From assembly GCA_964016885.1 (NCBI GenBank), contig OZ024746.1:62868001-62932000 (forward strand): 64,000 bases of DNA, in the 5' to 3' direction. Of this stretch, positions 1-13,405 are shown piece after piece. Below the pieces are notes generated by a model. That model was not told where the DNA came from. It saw only the letters and a list, made by a program, of their open reading frames with translations, and did not search any database. How positions within the stretch are numbered: the first letter of the stretch is position 1; every line of letters begins with the position of its first letter. This stretch comes from Eledone cirrhosa (lineage: Eukaryota). Both the position numbers and the translations under genes were made by a program.

Positions 1-105
1 GTCACACATAGAAGAAAGGGGGCAACATATGAAATTTAAAATAGACATTCTAGCTGAGAAAGTAGACATTAGATGATGATGATGAGGAGGTTGGGATGGT
101 GGTGG

Positions 106-137
<32 letters not shown>

Positions 138-679
138 GTGATGGTGGTGGTGGTGGTGGTGGTGGTGGTGGTGATGATGAATACCAAACCATTGAAAAGG
201 AAAAATATTGAAGTCAGGAATGGCAGAAATATCATATATATTGTGAAAGAAGAGAAATCCCATAGTAGAGTGGAATAAGAGTTTTCTTTATAGATGAAGA
301 ATCGCTATGGAAACTCAGAAAAATAAAAATAAAATATCAATAATAATAAAAATAATAATAAAGGCAGGTAGAATATTAACTGAAAATTGAATCAGTAAAC
401 AGAATATAGCTGTCATAGTTGAAATGAGTTTATATATCCCAAAACACTGAGATACAGTTTTACTACAGAATGGTGCCATAGTGGTTAAGATTGATAAAAG
501 CCAGCATTGAATAGTTTTGAAGTTCCAAAAAGGTTCTAATTAGAGAATAGTGGCCAGAGTTGTGGAAGAAAAAGTGGAGCTTGAGTAAGATAGAAATGAG
601 TTTTTCAGAGACTATAAAAATCAAACAAAACAATTACATATGAGGACTAAAAGGACTTAACAGTGTTGTAAGTATTTAA

Positions 680-899
680 CCCTTTAGCATTTACATTACT
701 CTATATTTACTATTCTATTTTCACTGTAAAGGCTTTATTTTACATATTATCTCGCATAATATTGACTCTATGAGATTTTTATGTTATTTATTTTGAGAAC
801 AATAACCTTAACATTAGTATGAGTGGCCAGTTCAGCCAGTTTGAACAGAAAGTGGTGAGGGAATTCTGGCCAAATACAGCCGGTTTAAATGCTAAAGAG
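680..899. mobile_element. piggyBac-type MITE
   Basis: ttaa|ccctttagcattt ... aaatgctaaagag|ttat inverted termini; related copies at ~25041-25284 (inverted) and ~26177-26250 (partial). Confidence 0.6.
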
Positions 900-1030
900 T
901 TATATATATACATATACAAAGACAGAATCTGAAGAGACTGCTACTGGTCTGCATTGGCCAAAAGTGTATTTATTGGTATATATATTAAGCAAACATATGA
1001 CTAAAAGCATTCCTGTCTTTTTATATATCA

Positions 1031-3147
1031 CTAGTAGTGGTACCCAGCGTTGCTCGGGATAAGGCGTTTTGGAATGCGGGCTGCCAACAGACCTAATCGT
1101 GGAAAAACTGCATGCCTGGACAATAGGTAAAGAAAATAAACCGAATACTGTGATGGCTGGATAATCTTTAAGATTGTCATTGTACAACAACTACAGGAGA
1201 AGTCCCTAGCTAAAAGTAAACCCCTATACTTAGCTTTTGTTGACTTGGAGAAAGCCTTTGACAGAGTCCTCCGCTCCATTATCTGGTGGTCTCTTAGAAA
1301 ACTAGGTGTTGATGAATGGCTTGTGAGAGCTATACAAGCCATGTATAAAGAAACAGTCAGCAAGGTTAGAATTACAACGAATATAGTGAAAAGTTTAGCG
1401 TAAAAGTTGGTGTTCATCAGGGCTCCATTCTTACTATTTATTATTGCCCTTCAGGCTATAACAGAGGAGTTCAAGACCAGCTGCCCATGGGAACTCCTAT
1501 ATGCAGATGATCTAACGCTCATAGCTGAATCAATGGCTGAACTAGAGGAAAAATTCCAAACATGGAAGCATGGCCTAGAATCAAAAGGCCTTAAAGTAAA
1601 CTTGCCTAAGACTAAAGTTCTAGTTTGTAGGAAGGAAAATAGGGCACCGGTCCCATCTGGGAAATGGCCATGCTCAGTGTGTAGGAAAGGAGTAGGCAGA
1701 AACTCCATTTTATGTCCCAAATGCAAAGTATGGGTGCATAAAAGATGTAGTGGGATCACAGGTAAGCTAACTAAGAATATAGATTTTATATGTGCCCGGT
1801 GCTCTGGTGCAATAAGTAGCAGCAAGTGACCACAGAATACTAGCTCATTCCATTGCACAGATGGTTCTATAGCAATAGTGGACACCTTCCGTTACTTGGG
1901 TGACAAAATCAGCAGTGGGGGAGAGTGCTCTGAAAGTACAGTAGCTAGAGTCAGAACGGGATGGAAAAAGTTCAGAGAGCTTATACCACTATTGGCCGTT
2001 AAAGGGTTCTCTCTAAAAATGAAAGGCAGGCTGTATGATGCCTGCATACGAACAGCAATGTTACATGACAGTGAGACCTGGGCATTGTGTGCAGAGGATA
2101 TACGCAGACTGGAGAGAAACGAAGCTTGCATGCTCCGCTGGATGTGTAATAGTAATATACGTGAACGGCAAAGCATAAACAAACTAAGGGAGGAATTAGG
2201 AATAAGAGGGATCAGATGTTGTTTACTCGAGAGAAGACTACGTTGGTACGGTCACGTGATGCGCATGAAAGACGACAGCTGTATAAAAAAGTGCAGGACG
2301 ATAAAAATAGATGGTAGCCAAGGAGTAGGCAGACCCGGAAAAACCTGGGACGACTTGATAAATTCCGACCTCACACACTTACACCTCTCCAAGACAATGT
2401 CACTGGACTGATATCTTTGGCGCTACACAGTTATACAGAAGACCCGCCTTGCCTAAGTACAAAGCAAAACCTACAGTCAGTAGGCACCTCTAACAAAATA
2501 CACCCGTCCCACAACCCCCACCCCATCCACACCACCCCCTTAAATGTGAAGTTATGTTGGTACCACAACATCCAGTCCGAAACAAATGAGGTTGTGTAGG
2601 TGTCACGACAAAAAAACACACAGTCCACGCTGTAATGTGGCCGTGTAAAAACCTCCCAGTCCACACTGTAAACGTGGTTGGTGTTAGGAAGGGCATCCAG
2701 CCGTAGAAAACCCGCTAGACAGTCCTATACGAGCAGAACAACCAATCTTGCCTCAAGTGGGAAAACTCCCGTCCAAACCCATGCAAGCGTGGAAGATGGA
2801 CGTTAAACGATGATGATGATGATGATGATGAAGTAGGAAAAATGCAGGTTTTCACCTAATGCGGGCCCTAGGGGATCAAGAAAATGAATTTTTTTATGTG
2901 CATAATATGCCTTGAAATTTCAGGAAAATTGGCTTGACATAATACCTCAAAAACGCCCTAAAAGGCTGAAAAAAACGCAGTTTTTCACCTAATGCGGGCT
3001 CTAGGGGTTATGTGCATAACACTCCCTGAAACATAAGTAATACACATGTAAAGTTTGAAAAAAATAGGTTGGATACTTCTCGAGTTTTAGGGATTCAAAC
3101 TCACAGACACACACACAGACAGACATCCTCAGTTTTATATATTTAGA
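1031..3147 (-). mobile_element. Non-autonomous Helitron interrupted by an RTE LINE
   Basis: Minus strand starts TCTAAATATATAAAACTGAGGATGTC at 3147 and ends with hairpin cccgagcaacgctggg then CTAG at 1031; flanks A1030/T3148, no TSD; termini resemble the Helitron at 16887-18797. Confidence 0.8.
1178..2830 (+). mobile_element. 5'-truncated, frameshifted RTE-clade LINE (RT core, PHD-like insert, C-terminus, 3'UTR, (GAT)n tail)
   Basis: [52 protein letters not shown] motifs across ORFs 1407-1829 and 1878-2411. Confidence 0.95.
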
Positions 3148-3152
3148 TTATG

Positions 3153-3340
3153 GGGATTGGCAGTATCGGTAGAAGGTCGGAGACCATGCTTTGCAGCATA
3201 GAGTTATGCCTCTTTATAGTCTGAGTTCAAATACCGCCGAGGTTCACTTTCCCTTTCATCCTTACAGGGTTGATAAAATAAAGTACCAGTAATGTACTCG
3301 GATAATTGCTGGCCTTGTGCCAAAAGTAGAAACAATTATT
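3153..3340 (+). mobile_element. tRNA-derived SINE with Meta-like core
   Basis: tggcagtatcgg A box, gagttcaaat B box, ctttcatccttacagggttgataaaataaagtaccagt core. Confidence 0.85.
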
Positions 3341-4429
3341 TAAAGCGTCCTTCCTTTTTTTAAGATAACAGAGTATGATTTCAGGAAATTTCACTTCTGT
3401 TTCTAGCAGACTGAATGCCTTGTTTATGAAATAGATATAGCATTTATGAATTTCTGATGTAGAATTATTTCAAGGACTAGTGGTAATTATATTCACTCTT
3501 TTTTCTCCAAACTTTCATCTTAAGAAATGTCAATAAAAGCAAGCATTAATGGGAACTTTCAGATAGAATTCAATATTTTCTAAATTGTATTTTTAGGCTA
3601 TCGAATAAAAGAAATTGTTTATGTAATATTTAATCATATTTAGTTTATATATTTTATCAGTACAAATTCTGCTAAATTTCATGTTGCCTCTCACCCTTTT
3701 AGGGTCAATGAATCAAGTAAAAAGGTAAATTAAATCTGTCTACAAATTCCAACTATCATAACCTTTACCAATTTAATAATAACTAATGGCTAAAGGTTCT
3801 TCAACCATCAAATTAAATAATCAGATTTTGATTCTAATACAGGTACTGTACAGTATATATGTAAAAGTATTTGGATGTATGACAAAAACTTAGATTGCTA
3901 TATTTATTTTCTTGATCTTCTTATGCATCTTTGTTACAAAAGGGAGTGAATTGGCAGGAACTTAGGAAGAAGCATCACACAAGTATTTATTCTGGATTAT
4001 AATGTTCTGAGTTCAAATCTTGCCAAAGTTAGCTTCACCTTTTATTCTACTGGGGATCAGTAAATAAAATATTGGTCTTGGCTACAGATTGGCAGAGTTG
4101 ATAGAATATTGAGCAGGATGCCTTGTGATATTTGTTCTGCCTCTTTGTATTCTGAGTTCGAATCTTGTCATTACCTACTTCAGTGGTAGACTTAAATCAT
4201 CATCCAGTTTAACACCATTGCCTTACCCTTGGGGGGCTTTTAGTTAACTCCACTCTGTTGTAAGCATTGAAGTCAAGCCTCCAGTTTGAGGATATCTTCA
4301 TCCCTAACTCCTTCCTACCAATCCCTGATGCCCTAAAAATGGTGGGCATTGCTCTATCAGTTAACTAGGTAGAAACAAAACATTATAGAGTATTCGTAAT
4401 GCTCTATCAGTTGACTAGACATTATAGAG

Positions 4430-4685
4430 TATTCGTAAAATTTGAGTATTCTCAGTGCAGAAGGTAGCCATTACCAGGCTCTAGTCCACATTTTTTTCCT
4501 TGCTTCCTCCTCTTCCCCTCTCACTCTCTCTCTATAACCCTCTCTTTTCTCATCTCTTTCTCCCTCTCTCATACTCTCAGTTCGATTTGTGGTTTTATCT
4601 TAACCTTAAAAAATGTTACTATGCAAATAGTATACAGCTGGTAATGGCTACCTTTCATGCTGACAATACTCAAATTTTATGAATA
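4430..4685. repeat. Diverged 48-bp inverted repeat pair
   Basis: 4430-4477 is the reverse complement of 4638-4685 with several mismatches; pyrimidine-rich spacer. Confidence 0.75.
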
Positions 4686-4817
4686 TTCATATACACTCAT
4701 CGCTTCAAACCTTTCCAATTAATGCATTATAGAGTATATTTTTGTAAATTGTCGGGCATTTGTAGCTGTCATCATATGAAACAGAGGAGTTATTTTGTTG
4801 AAAATTATCTTAGTTAA

Positions 4818-5150
4818 TATCTATCTATCTATATAGGGCGGGTAAAATTCCCGAGATCCATGGATGAGTTCTCTCCAGTGGTCTCTGTCCCTCATTATCG
4901 CTGCCATGTCCTGTGTCTCCAACAGACCAGTGTCTGTCCTTAGGGCATCAACATACGTTAACCTTGGTCTTCCTCTTCCAGTGTGTCCATGTAGGGGCTC
5001 CCACAGGAGCACTGAGTGCAATGTCAACTCTGGATGTCGGTGAGCATGTCCAGCTAACCTCAGTCTCCTCTGTGTCACTTTTGAGCTGACTTTTGGGAGG
5101 CTTGCATACAGCTCTGAGTTTTTCATCTCAGTGTATACTGATTAATGTTC
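4818..5150 (-). mobile_element. RTE/RTE-X LINE 3' fragment with (GATA)n tail
   Basis: RRLRLAGHAHRH...LLWEP..GRGRP in ORF 4821-5126. Confidence 0.9.
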
Positions 5151-5363
5151 ATATTTAGTTTGTTATTTCACACTATTTTACAATTACGTGGGAACAAACA
5201 TTATAAATACTCTAAATTTATGTCTATATAGATATAACTTTATCATACACTTTCACTGTTTATCACACAAATTAATTAACTACCAACATGAGCACTAATA
5301 ATATGCAAATTAGTATGTCCATTTCAGGATACTACTATAAGTGACAGAGTATATTATGTATCA

Positions 5364-5970
5364 ACGTAGTCAACGGCAGTGATATCAAGCAAGTCGAGGA
5401 TTTCAAGTATCTTGGGTCCTGGATCATGTACTCTGAAAGGATTTTGCCACTAGAAAGGTCCAAGCATGGTCAGCTTGCAACAAGATAGATCAAATTTGGT
5501 GCTCAAATCTTTCCAATCACACCAAAATTAGACTCTTCCTAGTAGCAATTCAACCAATCTTACAATACAGAAGTGAAACATGGACGCTTTCATTCAAACA
5601 ACAAAAGCGTCTTGATGGCACCTATACTCACCTACTTCAGCGCATTCAGAACATAAGCTGGCGACATCTGACTGTGAAAGAAATATATGCCAGCCTCCCA
5701 TGCATATCTGTCATTGTACATAAAAGGAGAGTAAGATTTGCTGGCCACTGCCATCGTGCCACCTATGAGGCTGTGTCCCCATTAGTGCTTTGGAAACCAC
5801 AAGCAGTCACTAATAACAGGGGGCGCAAGCTCTCCTATTCCAATGTCATTTCCAGAGATTCTGGTATTGAAATCCAGGATTTGACAACGGCAATGAATGA
5901 CAGATTAATTATCTCCACGTGAAGATCAATTATTGAGTCGATTTCAGCTGAGGCTCCCGGATGATGATCA
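5364..5970 (+). mobile_element. RTE/RTE-X LINE 3' fragment
   Basis: VEDFKYLGSW, QYRSETWTL, RRVRFAGHCHR, LVLWKP motifs; short (GAT) tail. Confidence 0.9.
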
Positions 5971-6689
5971 TATTATGTATATCCTTGTGGTTGTTTAGAT
6001 GAAATACGTGCCTTCTCATGAAAGACCAACTAGGCTTGAAAACTGGTTAAAGATGTTTAACATTTTTTTTCAATTTACAGGGAAATACATATATTTAACA
6101 TGTTTAAATGTTGCTGTACTAAACATGTGTAAATTTGTATACACATTTATGCGGTATCGGTTACTTCTGTTCTGTATTTATGCAGATATAACTCTAACAT
6201 ATACTTCTGCTGTTTAATGCACACATTAATATACATTATAATTACCAATATAAGATAGAAAAGAACAAGAGTTAGAGGATACATATAGTTTATTGATTGC
6301 CAAGTAACAGCTTAACTGAGATTATATTACAGAACCCCTGTCTAATTTAACACAACTTTTTGGTCAATGTGTCTCCTTTATATTTTATTGCAATAATTTG
6401 GAACAGATCCTTTGGTCTGATGATAATTCTTTACCATGCTGTGTTTCTTCCTACTGAAGCACTCCATCACTCATTATTTCTTTCTCCTTTTCATTCTAAT
6501 TCCCCCAGCATCTGAGTTCCTGGAAAACGTCATAGACAATCCTCTTTCTTCTCTGATTAAGCCGTTAAAGATTTAAAACAAAAAGTATAATTGATTACAT
6601 TTTAATTCTTAACATCCTGTATCTCATGAGACTGCATTAGTAAGACATTCTTGAAAAGCACAAAACAAAATTATTATGACTGCCTGACA

Positions 6690-6797
6690 AATCCCGCCGA
6701 GGTTAACTTTGCCTTTCATCCTTACGGGGTCGATAAAATAAAGTACCAGTAATGTACTGGGTAATTTCTGGCCTTGTGCCAATAGTAGAAACAATTA
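6690..6797 (+). mobile_element. 5'-truncated Meta-core SINE with TSD
   Basis: Flanked by the direct repeat ttatgactgcctgaca. Confidence 0.85.
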
Positions 6798-6904
6798 TGA
6801 CTGCCTGACATTAAAAATTTAAGCCTTTACCCTAATACTACAAATTTTCACAATGATCTATCCACTAGTAAAGATACCACAACACAAAACAAAATAATAT
6901 TTTT

Positions 6905-8275
6905 ACTCCATATATTTAGCCTTTGTTGACCTAGAGAAGGCCTTTGATAGGGTACCCCGATCTGTCATCTGGTGGTCCCTAAGGAAACTAGGTGTTGAGG
7001 AATGGCTTGTGAGGACAGTGCAAACTTTGTACAAAGGAACTGTCAGTAAAGTCAGGGTAGGAATGGAGTTTAGTGAGAATTCCAGATACAGGTAGGAGTA
7101 TATCAAGGTTCGGTCCTCAGCCCACTCTTGTTCATTATAGTCTTCCAAGCCATAACAGAGGAGTTTAAGACTGGCTGTCCATGAGAACTTCTCTATGCTG
7201 ACGATCTGGTTCTTATAGCAGAATCAGTAGAGGAGCTAGAGAATAAATTCTGGCTATGGAAACAGCAGTTGGAAGCAAGAGGACTGAGAGTGAACCTAAC
7301 TAAGACAAAAGTGTTGATGAGTAGAAAAGAGGACAAAACTCTGATTCCGTCAGGGAAATGGCCATGTTCGATATGCAGAAAAGGAACTGGCATAAATTCT
7401 ATAAAATGCACACAATGCAGATCCTGGGTACACAAGAGATGTAGCGGGATAGCAGGCAAACTAACAGGTAGGGAGAAATATGTATGCAGTAGATGTACAG
7501 GGAAATTAGACAGTAGAAGTCGCATTGATAAACGCATTTTTCAAATGCAGGCGGGTGCTATAGAAGTGGTGGATAGCTTCCGGTACCTAGGAGATCAGAT
7601 TAGCATGGGAGGGGGTTGTTCCGAGGCCATAGTATCTAGAATAAGGACAGGTTGGAAGAAGTTTAGGGAGCTGCTTCCTCTGCTGATGAAGAAGGGTTTC
7701 TCCCTGTGTACGAAAGGCCGGTTATATGATGCCTGTGTGAGGAGCGCGATGCTGCATGGTAGTGAGACATGAGCAGCAACTGCAGAGGATATGCGATGGC
7801 TGGAGAGAAATAAGGCAAGCATGCTCCGTTGAATGTGCAATGTCAATGTGTGTGAACGACCCAGCATGAATGTGTTGAGAGAGAAACTGTGTCTGAGAGG
7901 GATAGAATGTAGTGTACTGGAGACGAGACTGAGGTGGTATGGACATGTGATGCGCATGGAGGATGACTGATGGGTGAAGAAGTGCCAGGAAATGCCAGTT
8001 GAAGGAAGACGTTTCTTCAAATATCGTTTCTTACTTTGACTTTAACTTCTGGTACATTTCTACAATACTGTTCTCAACCACCTCCGCCCATGAAAAACAT
8101 GGGCGGAGGTGGTTGAGAACAGACCTCAGATCGCTGAAGCTCACGGTGGAGATGACGAAGGACCGTGACAAGTGGAGAGATGCTGTACTGAATAAGACCC
8201 GTCCCACCCTTGCAAGCAGGGAAGAGCGGACGTAAAATGATGATGATGATGATGATGATGATGTTGATGATGATA
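6905..8275 (+). mobile_element. RTE LINE of the PHD-insert family, second subfamily, decayed
   Basis: [28 protein letters not shown]...WVHKRCSG...[18 protein letters not shown]; (GAT)n tail. Confidence 0.95.
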
Positions 8276-9560
8276 TTTCAAGAAAAGAAGTCTTTACCTT
8301 GAAATATATTGGGTAAAACATTATTTTGCTTTGTTTTTTCATCATTTTACCACAGTTCCACCTTTGATTTCTATCTGCATTGTACCAACTTTCCAAAGAC
8401 CCTATTATTTATTACATATCTCATTTTATCCTTCACTATATTTCTCCTCCTTCTCCTCCACGATGATGACAACAACAATAATAACAATAACAACAATGGC
8501 ATGACATGGAGAGACTCACAAATATCTATTGAAGATTATCTCTCCTAATCATCAAATAAATGTCATTTCTAACTGTTTGTAATTCTTAAATTGTCATATA
8601 TGACTTTTTTCTTCCAACTCTTCTTTCTCTAAAACAGCCACACCTCATTCCACTTCTCTTCAACACCTCCTCTTCAGCCATCATCACCACCACCACCACC
8701 ACCAACCACCACCATCAACTCCTCTCCCTCCTCTTTCTCCTCCTTTTTCTTTATTATTTTCTCTCTCACACGTTTAATCTCTATCATTTTCTTTCATTTT
8801 TTTTTTTTGTCCCACACTCTACTTCTAATTCAAAAACATCAGAAAACAGTTCTCTCTAATAAAAGGTTCTGTCCCAAAATGAGGATTTTCCTCTCCTTTA
8901 TGGCAAATCAATTTATTTCAATATTGAACTGTTTTTTCTCACTAATTAACCCCCAATAGTTTCTTCAAATATCGTTTCTTACTTTGACTTTAACTTCTGG
9001 TACATTTCTACAATACTGTTCCTCTGGTATTATTCTGGGACTCAGAACAATTATTTTTATGGTTAAGCTATAAACTGTTTCTAGAATCTTCTGCTGTTCT
9101 ATTTCTCATAATCCAGCATTGTTAATCAGAAGTTATTTAGTGCACCTGGAAATAAAGTGACTTGGGTATTTATAAACAGGCAATAAAGGAGCCTTTTATG
9201 GTCACTAAGTCTGCTGGAAATACCAACTAAAAAATCTGCTTCAAATCTTACTCTGCTATCTTAACCTATTGACTGCTGTGTATATTTTACACAGCTACAG
9301 TTGCTGTGCCAGGTTTTTTTCCAGTAAAATGAAGTTATGAACTGTTGGAAACGAGTTATCTCATCCATGGCATACATGTTAGGACGAGTTATATCATCTA
9401 TGGCACTGAAGAGGTTAAAGGTAGAATGTTCTGGATGCTGCTAGAGGATCTATGAGTAGGAAAAAAAGATGAGATGGGATGGTCATAGTTGGAAAGGCTT
9501 TCATCATATGTCTGCTAGATCAGTATTGATGAGAGGTTAAACAACATCATCATCACCATC

Positions 9561-9592
<32 letters not shown>

Positions 9593-10705
9593 TCAACATC
9601 CACTTTCTCTGCGGGCAAGGGTTGGATGAGTCTTCACAGACTGAGTACTGAAATGGGTCTACTGACATCCCAAACAGACCAGGAGCTTGCATTCTTGCTA
9701 ACATACAGACCCACGTTCTACAGAATGCATATTATTGTAGCACAAGTGCTAGCGAGGTTGTCATATTTTGACACATCTGAAGGATTCTCCCAACCTTTTG
9801 TTTTGCATACTTTCTAAGAATGAAAGCCCTTCCTATCACCAACTTCTTTACAACATTTACTGGGTACGTTTATTGTGTAGATCATCAATAACTTGGGAGG
9901 TTGTTGCACTGTTGACGCAACCGAAAGGTGCTTTCAACACCTTTAGCCTGGTTTCTACAGCAGTGTGTCCTTCCTATCACCAAAGACTTTTCAGGGTGTA
10001 CTGGGTGCATTTTTATGGCACCAACAACATCAAATAGACTATAATTATTTTTGTGGTCTAGCTAAATTGTTGTCATACTTTTCTCAGAGAACAATCCTTC
10101 TTCTTCTTCTCATTCTTCTTCTCATTCTTCTTCTCCTTCTCCCCCTCCTCCTTCTTCTTCTTCTTCTTCTTCTTCTTCTTCTTCTTCTTCTTCTTCTTCC
10201 TCCCCATCCTCCTCCTCCTTCTTCGTCTCCTCCCCTTCCTCTCTCCCACCCTCCTTATTTTTTCTTTTTCTGCTTCTTCTTCTTCCTGCCCATCCTCCTC
10301 CTCCTTCTTCGTCTCCTCCCCTTCCTCTCCCCCACCCTCCTTCTTTTTTCTTTTTCTGCTTCTTCTTCTTCTTCTTCTTCTACCCCTCCTCTTCCACCTC
10401 TTTAGTTCTCTAGTTCTTTAGCCTCTTTTAGCCATCACAGGCTAAGACCATACTTGAGCATCAGCTACATTTGTATCAGATCAGCTCACATAAAGAAAGA
10501 TTCCATCTAAAATGCGATATAGTCAGCAGATCTTATCTTTGTCAAGACAATTCTAATGCGAATGACTAATTTATTTTCATTCAATATATTTTGAACAGAA
10601 GAATTATCCAAAGCATGTTAATATCGGAAATAATGGAAACAGAGGTGTTTAAAATTATAGAAAGAAAGAGAGAATGATAATGATAATAATAATAACAATA
10701 ATAAC

Positions 10706-10783
<78 letters not shown>

Positions 10784-11113
10784 GGTTGTAGTAGTTGTAG
10801 TAGTAGTAAAGCAGAAATGTAATAACATATATGACTTCTTTCCATCTGTGAGTTGATGGTTTTATTGAGAACTATTCTGTTGAAGATGTATTACTACGAG
10901 ATATGATGGGAAGAAGAAGAAGAAGAAGAAGAAGAAGAAGAAGAAGAAGAAGAAGAAGAAGAAGAAGAAAGAAAGAGAAGAGAATGAGAGGGATTTAAAA
11001 GAAAATTTTTTCTAATGTCTAAGACTGTTTGGATAATATATGATGGATATGATATCTGCATCTAAACAAGTTTTCCTGATGCTTATGTGCCTGAAGAAAT
11101 TGGTTAATATCTC

Positions 11114-12140
11114 ACACACACACGCATGGACACATGCGCACATACACACACACACATGCATGCATGCACACACACATGCGCGCATGCACACACACATGCA
11201 CACACACACTCATGCACACACACTCACTCACACACACGCATGCACACACACACTCACACGCTCACACACACACTCGAACACACACTCACACACACGCATG
11301 CACACACACACGCACACACACACACTCACACACTCCCACACGCACACACTCACACATACGCACCCCCACACACATGCACACACACACGCACACACACACA
11401 CTCACACACACACTCTCACACACACACACACACACTCACACACACACACTCACACACACACACAGAACTTTGTGTGTGTGTATGTGTGCGCATGTATGCA
11501 TATGTGTGTGTGTTCATGTATGTATGTGTGTGCGTGCGCGTGTAAGTATGCGTATATGCATGTATGTGTGCGCATATGTGTTTATGCGTGTGTATTTGTA
11601 TATGTGCATGTGTGTGTGTGTGTTTATGCGTGTGTGTATGTATGTGTGTATGTGTGTGTGTTTTTATGCGTGTGTGTATGTGTATGTGTGTATATGTGTG
11701 TGCATGTATTTATGTGTGTGTGTATGTATATTTGTGTATTTGTGTGTATATGTGTTTATGCTTGTGTGTGTGTGTGGTATGTATATGTGTATGTATGTGT
11801 GTGTTTATGCGTGCGTGTATGTATATGTGTATGTGTGTATATGTGTGTGCATGTATTTATGTGTGTGTATGTATATGTGTATATGTGTGTGGATGTATTT
11901 ATGTGTGTGTGTATGTATATGTGTATGTGTGTATATGTGTGTGGATGTATTTATGTGTGTGTGTATGTATATGTGTATGTGTGTATATGTGTGTGCATGT
12001 ATTTATGTGTGTGTGTATGTATATGTGTATGTGTGTATATGTGTGTGCATGTATTTATGTGTGTGTGTGTGTATGTATATGTGTATGTGTGTATATGCGT
12101 GTGCATGTGTGTGTATATATATGTATATGTATATGTGTGT
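11114..12140. repeat. (CA)n-rich tract followed directly by (TG)n-rich tract
   Basis: Compound microsatellites switching strand at ~11465. Confidence 0.9.
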
Positions 12141-12419
12141 ATGAGAGATGTAAATGGAGTGGGAGGAGTAGTAGTAGGAGGAGGAGAAGAAGAAGAAACT
12201 CTATTAATTGAATAAGTGCTAGATGGAAAAAAAACCCCAAAATAAATTGCTATTTAAAATTTGCATCATTATCTTCAATTTACGAAGGAGTGTGTACACA
12301 CATGTGTGTGTATGTGTGTATGTATGTGTGTATGTATGTATATGTATGTATGTGTGTATGTGTGTATATATGTGTATGTATATATATATATTTTTTTAAG
12401 GAACGATCGACTTTCGTCA

Positions 12420-12761
<342 letters not shown>

Positions 12762-13000
12762 TACCCACTCTACTACTCTAAGTATTGAGTACTCTGGTGC
12801 GTTATGGTCCATCTGGTTCCTTACCACAACTCCTTCGTTATATTATATATATATATATATATATACACAGAGGTATCCACAGTAAGTTGTGGGGTTTATT
12901 CTGCATGAAGAACTTGATGTAATCCATATGTTGAAAATGTTGTAGGTTAAGATAAATCCCGGAAAACAATAAAACATTAAAAGGAAAACAGAGTCATGAC

Positions 13001-13357
13001 ATAAGTTAAAACAATGAAATAAAAAATCAACTCATTAGTGATATACTTCACTGCTTTACGATCGTTTCTAGATGATGATAATACATTGCAGCTATACTCC
13101 ATTATTGATCTATGTAAGATTAGTTACAAAATATCAGATAAAGAGAATATTTACTTACAGGCAGATCACCAGCTGTTTTCGAAAACAGCTGGTGATCTGC
13201 CTGTAAGTAAATATTCTCTTTATCTGATATTTTGTAACTAATCTTACATAGATCAATAATGGAGTATAGCTGCAATGTATTATCATCATCTAGAAACGAT
13301 CGTAAAGCAGTGAAGTATATCACTAATGAGTTGATTTTTTATTTCATTGTTTTAACT

Positions 13358-13360
<3 letters not shown>
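13001..13360. repeat. Perfect 360-bp palindrome (180-bp arms, no spacer)
   Basis: Checked block by block; centre ttttc|gaaaa at 13180/13181; identical ORFs on both strands. Confidence 0.97.
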
Positions 13361-13390
<30 letters not shown>

Positions 13391-13405
13391 GTATGTATAT
13401 ATATA

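Noticed and set aside
11040-12215. Long ORFs rich in HT/CV/YI (also at 16, 27, 39-40, 45, 47-48 and 60-62 kb)
   Set aside because: Translations of microsatellites that lack stop codons; no domain signal
13038-13323. Identical 67-aa ORFs on both strands
   Set aside because: A consequence of the palindrome; no coding evidence
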